DNA of 64,000 nt from Phoronis australis (lineage: Eukaryota; Animalia; Phoronida): the NCBI GenBank assembly GCA_002633005.1, contig NMRA01000191.1, forward strand, positions 240,466 through 304,465, read 5' to 3'. The translations under genes and the position numbers were made by a program. This document shows positions 13,954 to 26,968 of this stretch, one piece after another; within the stretch, counting starts at the first letter, position 1; every line of letters begins with the position of its first letter. The notes beneath the pieces are model-generated. The model was given only the letters and a program-made list of their open reading frames with translations. It searched no databases and was not told the origin of the DNA.

Positions 13954-14828
13954 CTGCAAAAGCAAAGTTACTTCAGTTTAGAACACAAGGTGGCGGTTCT
14001 GCGAAATTTTGCTCTCTCAGAATTTTCCACACAAATAAACGGGAAGAAAACTTTACATCATTATTTGCATAGTTTACTACACACCTGTCATCAACAAACG
14101 CCCAGTGTTCTCCACAACCTGTTTTGACTTGTCACAGCGAGAGTCTGATTTTCCTCCTGCTAAATTGCACGAGTTAGGAAACCTATGCAGTGAGTTTTAA
14201 CTTACAGAAGGCGAGTCATTTTAAGCAAATTACAACATTTCGGACTTTTGACAACAGTTCAATGCCCTTATTACAAGACTTAACATACCAACTCCTCACA
14301 GTATGAATGTGGACCTTTGAACACATAGTTAAAGTTTGGAAATCCAAACAAGTTTGAACTTTCTGATGTGGAGAACACTGAAAACTTTGTGAAATTTTGA
14401 GCAATTTCAACATCGCAGTGAGGTTTTAAAACATGGAAAAGCAACGAGTTTGTTCAAATTTTAAGAAAGCTAGCCGTAAAAATGATGAGAAGACAAACAG
14501 CATCGCTCACATTTTCAAGTTTTCAGTAGTTTTGTGGTCCCTTCACACACCGAGAATGCACACTTTTTGTGTACACAGGGAAACTTTTCAAAACCAAAAT
14601 TAATACAATAGGAAGTAAAATAAAGACAAGTCAATCCCTGAAAAATGACAATACACCTCTTGACAAGAATTTTCAAAAATATTGATTGACTGGTCTCAAT
14701 GGCGTTAAGAGCAAAACACTACGCAATTTTCAATTTGGCTCGAATCCTAGAGAAATTTTGCACAAGGCTGAACACAAACACTTCCAAAGTTTAATCAATC
14801 TTAATGTCTCTAAAAGTTGCAGACTAAC

Positions 14829-14941
14829 TTGTTTATATTGCTGCCCTCCCGAAGTCGGTCACCTACTGCTCCTGTTTTCTGAGCACGCTCACTGCCCGCA
14901 AGATCCACTAGACTGATTTTACTGACTTTTTCTCCACTGAC
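14829..14941 (-). CDS. KIF13: KIF13 exon (switch II, DLAGSE)
   Basis: [38 protein letters not shown]; 113 nt, ag/gttag. Confidence 0.96.
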
Positions 14942-17900
14942 CTGAAATCAAACAATTGCAAATGTTTCAAAAATAATCAAATATTCTAGAAGGAATTTCA
15001 AATATAATACAAATGTTTCGTGCTGAACCAACATGGACATCAGAAAGCAGGCTGAGCGTATGCGCTTGCAAAAAGTGTTGATCAGAACTGCCACTGTCAA
15101 GCTGTTGCACATGCATTCCATGGACAGTGAAGACATCTATTGGTGAAATCAGGTACTAACATGTTCCAGCAGCAATGCAAATGCTTCCTGCTCTTGGTAA
15201 AATGCAAAACAACATAAAGAGACATCAACAACAGATTCTTAACATTCATGCACACAGCATTCACAATTTGCAAAGGGAATGTTTACACTTAGTGCCAACC
15301 GCTGAAAATATCAATTTCTACTGTTAGGCTCAAATGCTACAAAAACATTGCAGAAAAACTTAAACAATCCATACACCCATGGTTCCCGGCACATGTAGTA
15401 GGCAAGTCAAAATATCCTCTGCGCAGAAAGATAACCAGTACCCATAAAACAAGTCACTTAATCGCCCTGAAATTAAATAGCCTTAAAGAACATTGTCCCT
15501 ACTAATTTAACAGATGGGTGTAGCTTCACCAGGCAAGATCCAACAGGATCTCAAGTGGCAGGTCATGTATCTAACCACAAGGGGAATTGAGCTTGGCTTA
15601 ACTTAGCAATGTTTTTTAGACACCAGCTAGAGAAATACACAAAAGCTTAACCACAATCAAAATACAGAAGTGTCTATCCACAACAAAAAGAACTGCCGCT
15701 TATTTGTGGTTTATAAAGAAACTTCACAACATACTCAGTGTAGTTGGAAAAAAATTTAAAAACTGTCACAATCCTAGAAATGGTGACGCAAATGCAAGGT
15801 CGGGTTTTCTTGCTTTACTGTCATCGATGACCTAGCCAAAAAGTGATTTATTAACTTAAAGTCAAAAGGGCACGGGTTGCAACATCAGAATTAAAACAAA
15901 AAAATCTAAAAATTACACCAGGGACAACTGGCAATTCAAGAAGATACTTGATAAATGCTGTCAACAATTCCTCCAACCAGTAATGGCTTGAGAATGTTTA
16001 TGACATACTCATAAGCCAATTTACACAAGACACAGCAGCTGACGTGGAACAGCTGATCAAGCCCAATGTATGTGTGTTAACACTGAGGACAAGCAGCCAG
16101 TTGCCACTGCGGGGACTATTTTTGACACCAGCTTCAATTACGCATCTAAGCACAAACGGACAAAGCGCAAAGCGGACAGGATCATCTCTTTTACGCTTGC
16201 GCAACAGCATAAATAAGGGTGACCCGGGTCATCCGCTGACATACTATGTGCTTTGGACATTTGCTGTTGTTTAGGAGAGCACCTGCAGAGAGTCTTAATA
16301 TAAATGACTTGCGCTGATCCAGTTTGCGATCTAACGTCATGTAAATATGACTTAAGTAGAGCAACTTGGGCCACGACAACTCACACCATGACAACTGATC
16401 CTCATATTACAAGGTTTTTGACCCTATCCTACTTTTAAAATCTTTAGCACCTTGTCATCAATAACTACACTGAGATTACAAATTAACAATCTCTGAATTA
16501 CTGATATGGCAAGCACTTGGCCAGTTTCATTAACACTTCTTCAGTTACGTATACCATGGAATTTTTCACCCTGGAATCTGCTGCCCTGTGAACACAATTT
16601 TTATTAATTTCTCTGAGAAAAATTATTTTACAAAATGAACTTCTTGGATTTTTAAGTTCAGAGCTTTCAAAATACTCAGCATAAGGTGAACAAGTTTCTA
16701 ACAAGACATTTCATTAAAAAATAATAAAAAAAACACTGCTTTGCTTCACAAACAAAAAAGTTTACACCAATAAAACCTGCCTCCTCCTCACAATTTTCAA
16801 AAAAACGTAGACATGTGGCTAAGATTGTTTTTGATTTCTTCCCAACCAATTTTGTACGCAACAAAGTGACAAACTTGCGCCACTGTCATTAAAACAAAGT
16901 GCGCCCCTCTGTCAGACACTGTTTAGTCAGTTAATGGGAACAATCTAGCTAAACAGACGACCTCCAATTTTAGCAGTCTCCCTTTCCGTCTTGTAAATTG
17001 ATGCATCCCACAAAACACACAGTGCTGCCTAAAACAATAGCCACCAATTATCAACCAACACTCTGGGTACACAGACACACTAGGGCTGTGTCAACAACGA
17101 CCAACTGTCAAGGCACCAGGTATTGCCCAAGGGTAAATCTCTGACAATGGCCAAGTCCTGCTAAGAGACTAGACAGAATGAAGCTGCAGTAAATTTGAAA
17201 TTCTAAAGAAACCTTGACCTATTGCTGCCACACACAAGCGTACAAAACCATGTGCTTTGCACGAAATGACTTGCTGCTAGCATATACTTTTGACATATGT
17301 CAAATAGCAATTAAGTCAAGATCTAATAATTACGTTCTCACATCATATAAACATGATCAAATGACCAACACCAGAAATGCTTCCAAGTTCCAACCAGGCA
17401 AAAACAAAATACACAAAAAATTGTTAGAAAATTAATATCTTATTTATATACCACGTCACTAAACAAACCAACACTGGCACCTAGTAAGCTTAAGTAGGAC
17501 TCCAGAAAAATGTCCAAATTTGGCTAAATTCTGAACATCATATCTCAGAAATGGCTGCTGGGATTCATGCGGAACTTTCAAATACTATGCTTAATGCACT
17601 TCGCCAGAAAGGTAAATCAAACTTTGAAAAATGGAAAAACAACACTTCTGGCGATTACAGAGAATGGATTCTGTTAATGGTGAGACACAATTTGTCACAT
17701 CTCAAAATGTTCAAAATGTCACCAAGCAAAATTATGACAGCTTCTTTGGTGACTTTTTCCATGTTTAAGTCCCATCAACTTTGCTTTTGTCACACATGTG
17801 AGCCAGAAGTTAAATTCAAAAAAACAGAACTGAGGAAGAGTGTATATGAAGCAAACACAAACAGCTGACAAATTCTCTTGAGGGACAAAATAAACAACAA

Positions 17901-19288
17901 ACAGTCTAAGAAACTAAATTTGTCTTGACTTCTTACAATGGCTTTATCTTGTCACCATGGCAACTAATTGACTACTGGTCTTTGTCCAGCTAGACACCAA
18001 CACCAGTGTCTGCCAGTGACCAACAGGAAATGGTCAAGGAATGGTGATGAAATGACCAACAGTCTGGATAGCACAGATGTTCAATTATACACTGTCTTTA
18101 TTTAGACTACTATCAGTCAATACAGAAATAGTAGGTGATATATTAGCCTGTGAAGGCCTGAGCACACACATGGGCAGGTGTCAAGTTAGGAAAGCTAAAA
18201 TTACATAATGAATTTTTAATATCTCGAATCATAAAGGTTTCGAATGCACAAAAACTAGTCACGATGCAGCGTTGAATATGTTTACTGTTCAGAATGATCT
18301 TGTGGCAACGTTTCTGTAGAACAAAGAAAGGCAGAGCAGTGACATTTTATGAGTTTTGTTAATAAAAGTAGATACAATAACATGAATTTGTGATGGCTAG
18401 CCCCAAGGCGTACATTTAAAAATGGCATGGTCTTTTACTTTTCCAGTTGCCACAAGTGAGCGAGCTTCAAACAGAAAATGAGTCATGACAGATACTTGTA
18501 TGGTAGAAAGACTAGCTAAGTGCCACAGGCTGCAAGCTGACAACTAACACAGACCTAGAACAACCATCTAATTCATCAACATGAATTTCTATTTTGGGGT
18601 AATAACGATTTAGAAATGGACACATCGACTACTATTGTAAAGTGTCAGCTAGCACGCTGTGTTAATACGAGATTCGGATTATTGGAGCTTTTTCAGTTTT
18701 ATCACTTTTACCCAGCTCATGTTCTAAGGTCTCATGCACTGAACAGTCGCAAAAATACTGCCTGGACTGGAATGACGACCAACGTGTACTTCGCGCAGAC
18801 TGATACCATGGCACCAGCAAAACATGAGCTGCTCCCACAGGTTAAATCAAATGTAGTTCTCATCCGTAGGCGACATTAATACTGTTCAATTTGAAAGGAC
18901 CTGCACCCCATCAGGACAAAAAAGCAAAAGCAAAAACTTCCCATCCGCATCAACTTCAGTCAAGGTCTCCCGCTTTGTGAAAAGCTGCACAAAGGCATGT
19001 ATGGTAAACAAGGGTAAGTCAGAAGAGCAGGCAGTGCTGCCTAGTGATATAAGTGTTCGCTTCCTGTACTCAAGGTGGTGGGTCGAGTACAACCAGGGAT
19101 CACTGCTAGACCCTTGAGTCAGGTCTTCAGCTCCTCAGCTCAGTTTGTTCTAACCATATATTAATAAAGCATAAACATGATCAGTGCAAAGGACCCCCCT
19201 GAGTGGCCTGCACATATTCAGTACAACATGTACCAGATCACCTGCAATTATTTTTTTAGGGAAACAGAAATCTGAACGAAATTTATCC

Positions 19289-19466
19289 TAGGGGATAGAG
19301 TAGTTACCTATGAGCGACCTGTTGTGCTTGCGAACCTAGCTTTTCAGCCTGTCCTGGGCCCTTCGTCTGGGTGACACGAAAATTCCTGCCAGTACCCCCA
19401 GAATGGGCTCGAAAGCTATGTCCGCACACATAACATGTCACCCATAGGTAACTACTCTATCGCCTG
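19289..19466. mobile_element. Fold-back MITE (~178 bp, arms ~80 bp)
   Basis: taggggatagagtagttacctatgagcgac... pairs with ...gtcacccataggtaactactctatcgcctg; complementarity continues inward (ctagcttttcagcc..ctggg / cccag..gggctcgaaagctat); no TSD identified. Confidence 0.8.
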
Positions 19467-22400
19467 TACTATGTAACAGTGCAACGGCGCCACCTACGAA
19501 CATTCATCCTGTCAAAATCTGTTCTGTCTTGATATAGAACAATGTCCCTTAACATGTGATAAGGAATTGATAATTTACACCAATAAACAACCTTTGAGTT
19601 ATTCCTTTGATCAAAACAATAATTTTCCCTAAAAACACGTGATCACTGAATTCACAACACAAACTGTTTGTTATTTCTACATGCAGTAACCCAAACAGAA
19701 TGTAGCAATCAGGGAGAGCTTATTTCTCAATCTTCTTTCCAACACTTTGATGAATGTTCTTGACACTAGTAGAACAGCAAAAAACAAGCAGCTATTTTTG
19801 AACAGCTGCTGGCCACGGTGTACTTGGAAAACATGTCATCCTAATGTCGCCAGTCTACAAATTAAGGGCATCAGACTCCAATCAATTTAATAGTCAATTA
19901 CATTAGTCATAGTTGTTTCCACTCGTTTTTGCCTCCTCTGCATGCCAATGATGCTCATACAGAGTGCAGTCAAGGAATCCTCTGCCCTGACCCTGACCAC
20001 CACACCAACCGGGAATAAAACGCTGGCAACCGTAACCAGGGAATCACCAAATAAGAGTAGAGAAACCTGATTATTACCACAGATAGACATGCTTGCGGTC
20101 AACATTCGCTTTTAATCTTAGAATGTTTTCTTTGATTGTTGATGACACATGTGTATGGTAATTTTCCACTTCTTTCCTACAAAAATAATTACCAAACTGG
20201 TCACTTTTCATTTTTCAATGGCTGATTACCCATTTGTACATAATGGGAATTTTAGCAAATATTTTGTGACATTTCCACAGTGCAAGCCATGCCTGCAATA
20301 GACTAAAGTGATCTTAATCTTTACTTTTGAAGAGAAATTTAACAAAACCGAATTTAACTTGTCAGCCATATTGTGTACCAGACAAGTGAAGAATTACTGT
20401 ACTTCAGTTTTTCCTGATGATTATTTTAGATTGAAACCCAAACGTTGACTGTTTGTTTATATCTACATAATTATGCTGCTACTGATTCTGTGCCCCAGAC
20501 CTGTTGTTATTCAAAAAAGGGACGTGCATTTCTACATCAACTCTGCATACCGAGAGAGTCATGGCTTGGATTTGACCAAACAAAGCAAAATGTCATTGAA
20601 TTCCTTTTGTTCCCATTAAGTATATTTGCCATAATACAGGCTAACCCATCAACACAGCCTCCCCCACACTCAAACATACTGTAGTTCTTCCCTAATGAAC
20701 ACAGTTCATGGTCACAACCAACTCATGTTTATCACCCCATGGGACTATGCTCATGAGTTCAGCAGCCAGAGTTTATCTGGTATAAGGGTAAGCAAAATAC
20801 AGGAAGAGGTTTCAAGATCTACAGGATCTAAAACACACAACCACCCATCTGGGACAATCACCACTTTGCAACAGACCACTAAAGTGTATTTTGACAGAAT
20901 GTAAATTGTATTTCTACTCTCAATACACATTACAAGGGTGTTTCCAGACATCAGTGTAAAATTGTGTCTCCCAAGAGACTACCAGCACAAAGGGCTGTTT
21001 AGAAAGTGGGAAAAGTAAAAACCACAGTAGAGTGTAATAAAACCAGCTTAAGTTTGTATTTAGGATCAGCAGAGAAAGATCACAGGTTCTAATCTTGTTG
21101 ACAGGACAAAGGAACATTAATAGGCCAAGGAAAATAATGAATCAAATACAATGGGATTTTCAGCAGCCTGGCAAACTGAACTGAGGCTTTTGAGCACCAT
21201 TAAGACCAGCTTCAAAACCCAATGTGGTACACTAGCTTTCTCAACTTTACAAATCCTGTCCATAGAAACATCAAAAGAGTTTCATTAAAACACTTGTTTT
21301 TACAAGTAATGGGGAGTAGGGGATGAAAGAGATCACATAATTCTGGGTAAACATGAAATTGCATCCTCCATTATCCCATGGTCACAATGGGATTACATAA
21401 AGGGGAAGTGGTCACTTGCATGAGTGACCTGTAACAAAAACACCTCAAAACCAGACATTAAAGCACAATGGGAAACCATACACAGCCCCCTAACACTTGT
21501 TCCCACCACCCCCACTTCCTGCAATAGACCTGACCCTTTTTGTGTACACATCAGACAGGTCACACTGGAATAGCTCATCTTGAGGGATGAACGATCACAA
21601 TCCACGGGTGATTCATTCACAATAAGAGGCTTCAACAACCTAATCACCCCTATTTACACAATGGAGCTTGCTCAGAAGAGCAGCCCAATACAAATGTCTT
21701 ATGAGTGAGGGAGGTATGACTCATTAGTTGAGCTGAAACAATATCAGTAACTGGCAGGATGTAAACAGCAAAAGATGTTCATAGACAGCTGGTGGTTGAT
21801 ATACAAGAAAGACTAATGAGTAAGGTAGGATATTGTCTCATGGAGGACTCATTACATTGCTGATTGAATTCAGTCATGGCAGTGAACTGATAAAACCGTT
21901 ACTGAAAACTATGTTCGGGGCTGAGTTTTGTAGACACCAGAACCTTGCACAGGAAGCCAGTGTGGTCACAGATCACTGTGCTTCGTTTGTAACACAAGGG
22001 ACTGTTTCACGAAGTCTTGTGTGATCTTGTGTTTTTACAAGGCTCTCGTCTCTACGGAAGGCATGCCTGATGCTAAAAGCATCAACTTTTTACTAGGGTA
22101 TTTACTCCTCGAAAACAACTTGCTGTGTTCTTATCCTTTGTTTGAACTGTAATTTGTTGTAACAAATTGCTTGGAATTCCTATGTCAGCCATGCTGTCTT
22201 GGCAACTGAGACTAACAGGTGACTATCAAATTAATGGACCTAGTCTCAAGTAATAATGACCTGTCGGTTCTTCTCAAAGAAATTGCTTGTAATCCGATTA
22301 CTATACGAAGTGAGACCAATGTAAAAGTAATCAAAAGTTGATTTTTAACAAAAAGCACAAGTTAAGTGGTTATTTAATATCAATAAGAACAATACTTTGA

Positions 22401-24074
22401 TAGGCCAATTCCTGTCCTAAGTGAGATTCCTAATATACTTTCAATGAGTACTGACATAAACATAAACTTGCAATAATTGGGTAGAAAGTTAAGCATGTCT
22501 CATCTCAGAATGATGCCTAGCCCTAAACTTGGACAAAACCCAAAGAACACAAAAAACTTCAGCCAGATTAGTAGGTAAATTAAAACGAAGTGGGTGTCTA
22601 GCCAGGAAGTCTATGAAACCATTCTCAGCTTATGTTAAGTCAGCGCATAAAAACATAGGCCAGTTATTGCTTCGTGATTGGAAATTAATATATACTATAC
22701 ACCATGAATTGGCAAAGTCAATATTGACTACTTGATTTGTGAAGTAATGAACGAGACCACATCTGCATCAAGCTTCTCTGCATGCCAGATGATAAATAAA
22801 GGAAAACGTGAATCTAACTAAAATACTGCTTGCAGTTTAGCAGTGAACAAACCAGTGCTGGAAAATGCCATTTGCTGTCATTTCAATTTGCCAAGAGACA
22901 ATTAGCCAACATGTTACATAACAAAATCATTAATTTGCAATGTCTCATGTCTGTCTACACCAGATGATACTCTATATAACAAGTTACTCCTGTAACTAAC
23001 TTGTCATTAAGTTTAGCAGTAGTGTGGATGGTATTTGTACTGGGGCAACTTGACAGGTGCGAGACAAATTACCCCACCTTATCCAGATGGCATAACTTGT
23101 TCCAGGACAAGTTGCAGAGTGGACACAAACCAACAGACAAGGCAGATAACTGCTGTGTGCTCAGTTATATACATACTGGTGTCTATGGTATCATGTTTGC
23201 ACTGCATTTGTTGCACCATGTAGTGTGTAGTTCAGTCTAATGACTGGGCAAGTTACTCTGATGGAACTTGCTTTAGGTAAACACTGACAGAAATCACCAG
23301 TTTAGTTTCACAAAAAAGGCACTATAAGACAGGCGTAGCAAGTATGTGAAAAACACGCACTGACAAGTCTACCACGGCCCGCAATTTCAGTGCCACCTGC
23401 AAGCACAACACAACAGCAGAAAGTTCCAACAGTTCAAATTTTGCTTTTCCTGATCAGTGCTTGGTCGTTATTTTTTCGAAAAAACATTTAAATTGTTGCT
23501 TGACACAAAAGGCGCCTGGCTTTGCCAGGGTAACTTCAAACACGATTCTAAGACATCCACAGCTGAAGCAGTCATTACAGCCATTCTTGATTAAATACAA
23601 AAAATTATAAATGTGTTTGAAATTAGGACAAAGGCAGTTCTCAAGCTATGAAGGCTATAATTGCAGATTAAGATGGTAAACTTAAGTTGAGGAAAGTAAC
23701 AGGTTCTGAGGGTTTATCTCAACCTAGTAATGGACCTTACGAAAGTTAACCTAACATGTTTATAAAATTATAAAATGTCAATTTAATTTGTGCCTCTAGG
23801 TTATTCCCACACCAAGTCTTCATGGAAACCATCCATATGGGATAACGGCTGGTGCATTCCCAGGTATAACTTGAGTGTAAAGAAAAACATTGAATTTCAA
23901 AACTTGCGCTGTGCGTTAACCCAAATAAGTTCAGTTATCATTTTTTACTTTTAGGCTCATGTTACATTTATTTCTAAAATCAATTACTAAACCTCACATT
24001 ACAAGATGTTATCTGATCAACCATCTTTTAATTACAGGAAGTTCCCTCCTTTAGTTGACATACAAGAAAAGGAC

Positions 24075-25673
24075 ATGGGGAGACACAGTCATCTGTTCTC
24101 AGCCAGCAGCAGCGGCAGACTGGACTGGAGTACGACTTTCACTTATGCTGTGCTGGCGTTTGCTGTGTTTATGGACAACATAAGACATGTACAGTCAATC
24201 ACTGAATACACAACCTCAGGGATAGAGGTGTCCAACACCACCCACTCTAGTCTAGTAGATACGACGACATTCGTTAACGTCACCGTGTTACAAACTAAAA
24301 GTCAAACATCTACTAAGTCGAACTCATCGATGGCACATTCTGTCACTCAGTCTGCTACACCGAACCCTGGGTCAACAGTTAATGAGTCTATTGTAGTCGC
24401 ACGTGGTTCTACTCCCAGTCAAGTGAACCCACCCTTACCCACACCATCACCATCGTTGTCAGTGCCAAAGAGTGCGTCAAGGGAGACAGACACCATGGCT
24501 AGTTCGTCATTCCCCAATGTTGTGAACTCTGCTCAGATGACTATTTCTCCAATCGTGCCACACACAACTACAGATGAACCCGCCCACTTAATGACATCGA
24601 CTTTGATACCAATAGTGACCAGTCAGGCATCTAACCAGACTGTTTCCTCACTTGTGACAAATACAGATCCGGTGACAATAGGTTCAAGTACCAGTCATGA
24701 TGCAGCATCCGTGTCTGATCCTAACACAGCACAGGAAATAACATCACCCTCTCACAGTACGTCATCGGGTTCAGTAACTACGTCTAGTCATCATGACGTT
24801 AGTGTTGCCACTGACGTGATCACAACACAGTCCACTGACATTACAACTACGGTTATACCTGCCAGTCGGGAAAAAATACCAATGTTATCAATGCTTACAA
24901 CACAGGAAATAACATCACCCTCCCACAGTACGTCGTCATCAGGTTCAGAGACTACGTCTAGTCATCATGGCGTTAGTGTTGCCACTGACGTGATCACAAC
25001 ACAGTCCACGGACATAACAACTACGGTTATAACTGCCAGTCGGGAGAAAATACCAATGTTAACAACGCCTGCAACACAGGGAGTCACAACATCGCATGCA
25101 CCAACAACAATTGAGGAGTCTATGCAGCCAACAAGAGGAGAGATGCAGACCGAGCTTGTTGTCACAACAAGAAGTGCAACACAGACGAAAATAGCGCCAT
25201 CTCAAGAAACTTCAATAACACCACCAACGACAAGAAGTCTCAAAGACATTTTAATAACAAAACAGACTCAGACTGAAAGAACTGAAACAACAGTACCTAA
25301 AACGGTAAAAGTTACCACTATGCAGGAAACTTCTCAAAGAACTACGCCGAATTCAAAAGCGCCACCAACACAATCTCTACATAGTACAACGACAGATCTC
25401 TCTCAGCGTGCCATGACTGATAAATCACAGGTGTCAGGAAGCGCCAATGTCACTGCTGGGCCCTCAAGTGATAGCGGAGTATCTGCCGCTACCATAGCCA
25501 TCGTCATTGGTTCAATCTTCGGTTTCTGGATCATCCTTGGGCCAATCATCTGTATCGCCTGTAGGTTACGTGACAGGGCGAAAGAGCGACGGTTGAGATA
25601 CAATCGTAAGGAGAGTCACATTAGTAACTTTGAGGACATGATCATGGCAGAATTGGCCAAAGCTCAGAACAGG
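24075..25673 (+). CDS. Nested antisense gene: Ser/Thr-rich mucin-like single-pass (type I) membrane protein, 3' end lost in assembly gap
   Basis: ~530 stop-free codons in AT-rich DNA; likely start MGRHSH at 24075 after a tttaattacag acceptor (24037); hydrophobic signal-like segment (FTYAVLAFAVFM), long S/T/P-rich ectodomain with NxS/T sites, TM helix ATIAIVIGSIFGFWIILGPIICIAC, basic stop-transfer RLRDRAKERRLR; runs into Ns at 25674. Confidence 0.85.
24730..25060 (+). repeat. Intragenic tandem duplication (171-nt period) in the mucin ectodomain
   Basis: cacaggaaataacatcaccct...ataccaatgtt occurs at 24730-24886 and 24901-25060, encoding QEITSPSHSTSS...ASREKIPML twice. Confidence 0.9.
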
Positions 25674-26070
25674 NNNNNNNNNNNNNNNNNNNNNNNNNNN
25701 NNNNNNNNNNNNNNNNNNNNNNNNNNNNNNNNNNNNNNNNNNNNNNNNNNNNNNNNNNNNNNNNNNNNNNNNNNNNNNNNNNNNNNNNNNNNNNNNNNNN
25801 NNNNNNNNNNNNNNNNNNNNNNNNNNNNNNNNNNNNNNNNNNNNNNNNNNNNNNNNNNNNNNNNNNNNNNNNNNNNNNNNNNNNNNNNNNNNNNNNNNNN
25901 NNNNNNNNNNNNNNNNNNNNNNNNNNNNNNNNNNNNNNNNNNNNNNNNNNNNNNNNNNNNNNNNNNNNNNNNNNNNNNNNNNNNNNNNNNNNNNNNNNNN
26001 NNNNNNNNNNNNNNNNNNNNNNNNNNNNNNNNNNNNNNNNNNNNNNNNNNNNNNNNNNNNNNNNNNNNNN
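25674..26070. other. Assembly gap (397 N)
   Basis: Run of N between the mucin-like ORF and a MITE. Confidence 1.
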
Positions 26071-26073
26071 CAG

Positions 26074-26474
26074 GGCCCGGTCTCCAATCTTTTTACTCGA
26101 AATGGAACTCGAAATTAGGTTTGGCATTTTCTACTCTACTTTTGGGCGAACTCAAGATAAGTGTCTATTATTCTATGCTCGAGTACACAATAACTTACGT
26201 AGATAATTTATTGCCCTTAGTTCACAGTTTGTAAACCCAATATTAAAGCAATAAGTTCGAGTTTGAACTCAAAATTTCGAGTTTTTACTCGAGTTTGTAG
26301 CACGAATATAAGGGTCTTCAAGGGCAAACTTGAACTAGAAACTCCTATGCATAAACTATAATGTATTCGAGCACAGTCTGATAACCAATTAGCCTACGTT
26401 TGCACAAAAGGAGCAAAGAAATTGCCAAAAATAGTTTCGAGTTCGTTTCGAGTACAAAGATTAGAGACCGGGCC
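26074..26474. mobile_element. PIF/Harbinger-type MITE, ~60-bp TIRs, CAG TSD
   Basis: cag|ggcccggtctccaatctttttactcgaaa ... tttcgagtacaaagattagagaccgggcc|cag. Confidence 0.85.
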
Positions 26475-26962
26475 CAGGTTTTAACAACAACTGGTTACTT
26501 GGAGCTGTTCTAAGCCAGTGAAACATTTTGAATTACGGTAAAAATTCTTCAACTTGGGACATTCTCTAGAGTTTGGGACACAGAAACTCTCACAAAAATT
26601 GAGTTCTTGATTCTGGAATTTCAGACAAGGGCGATTTCGGTGTTCTCCATATTTCTCAAATTCTGGACATGTTTTCAATCTACAAAGTGGGTAATTTTGT
26701 TGTCTTGCAGGTGATTCTGGAATATTGTCTATTTCTAGAATTCGGGACAAGTTTCGACCTTGAGCAAATTAAGTTATTTTTACAGTCCCAAATTGCAGAA
26801 ATTTTATCGTAAGTTACACGTGCATATTCTTTAGTTCAAGTCAAGTCAAGTCAAAATCACCAGAGATGGCATATGTAAGTCATTTGTAATTAAGTTTATA
26901 TTATTTTGAAGTTAATGTTATGTTATGTGTTGTTATTTTACTAATACCAAGTGTTCTTTACT

Positions 26963-26968
26963 AATAAA
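26963..26968 (+). terminator. Candidate polyadenylation signal of the mucin-like gene
   Basis: AATAAA after an AU-rich UTR-like stretch, followed by tatgttctttc. Confidence 0.3.

Noticed and set aside
967-23240. Numerous 60-150-aa ORFs in introns (e.g. 967-1389, 11207-11789, 17551-17868)
   Set aside because: No motifs, coding-like composition or splice support; many start at non-ATG codons; expected by chance
24965-25603. Minus-strand ORFs overlapping the mucin-like gene
   Set aside because: Antisense shadows of the long + strand ORF
24006-26234. 742-aa ORF as listed in the ORF track
   Set aside because: It reads through 397 Ns into a MITE, so the C-terminal GPGLQS... part is transposon sequence. 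The first 11 codons lie upstream of a likely splice acceptor
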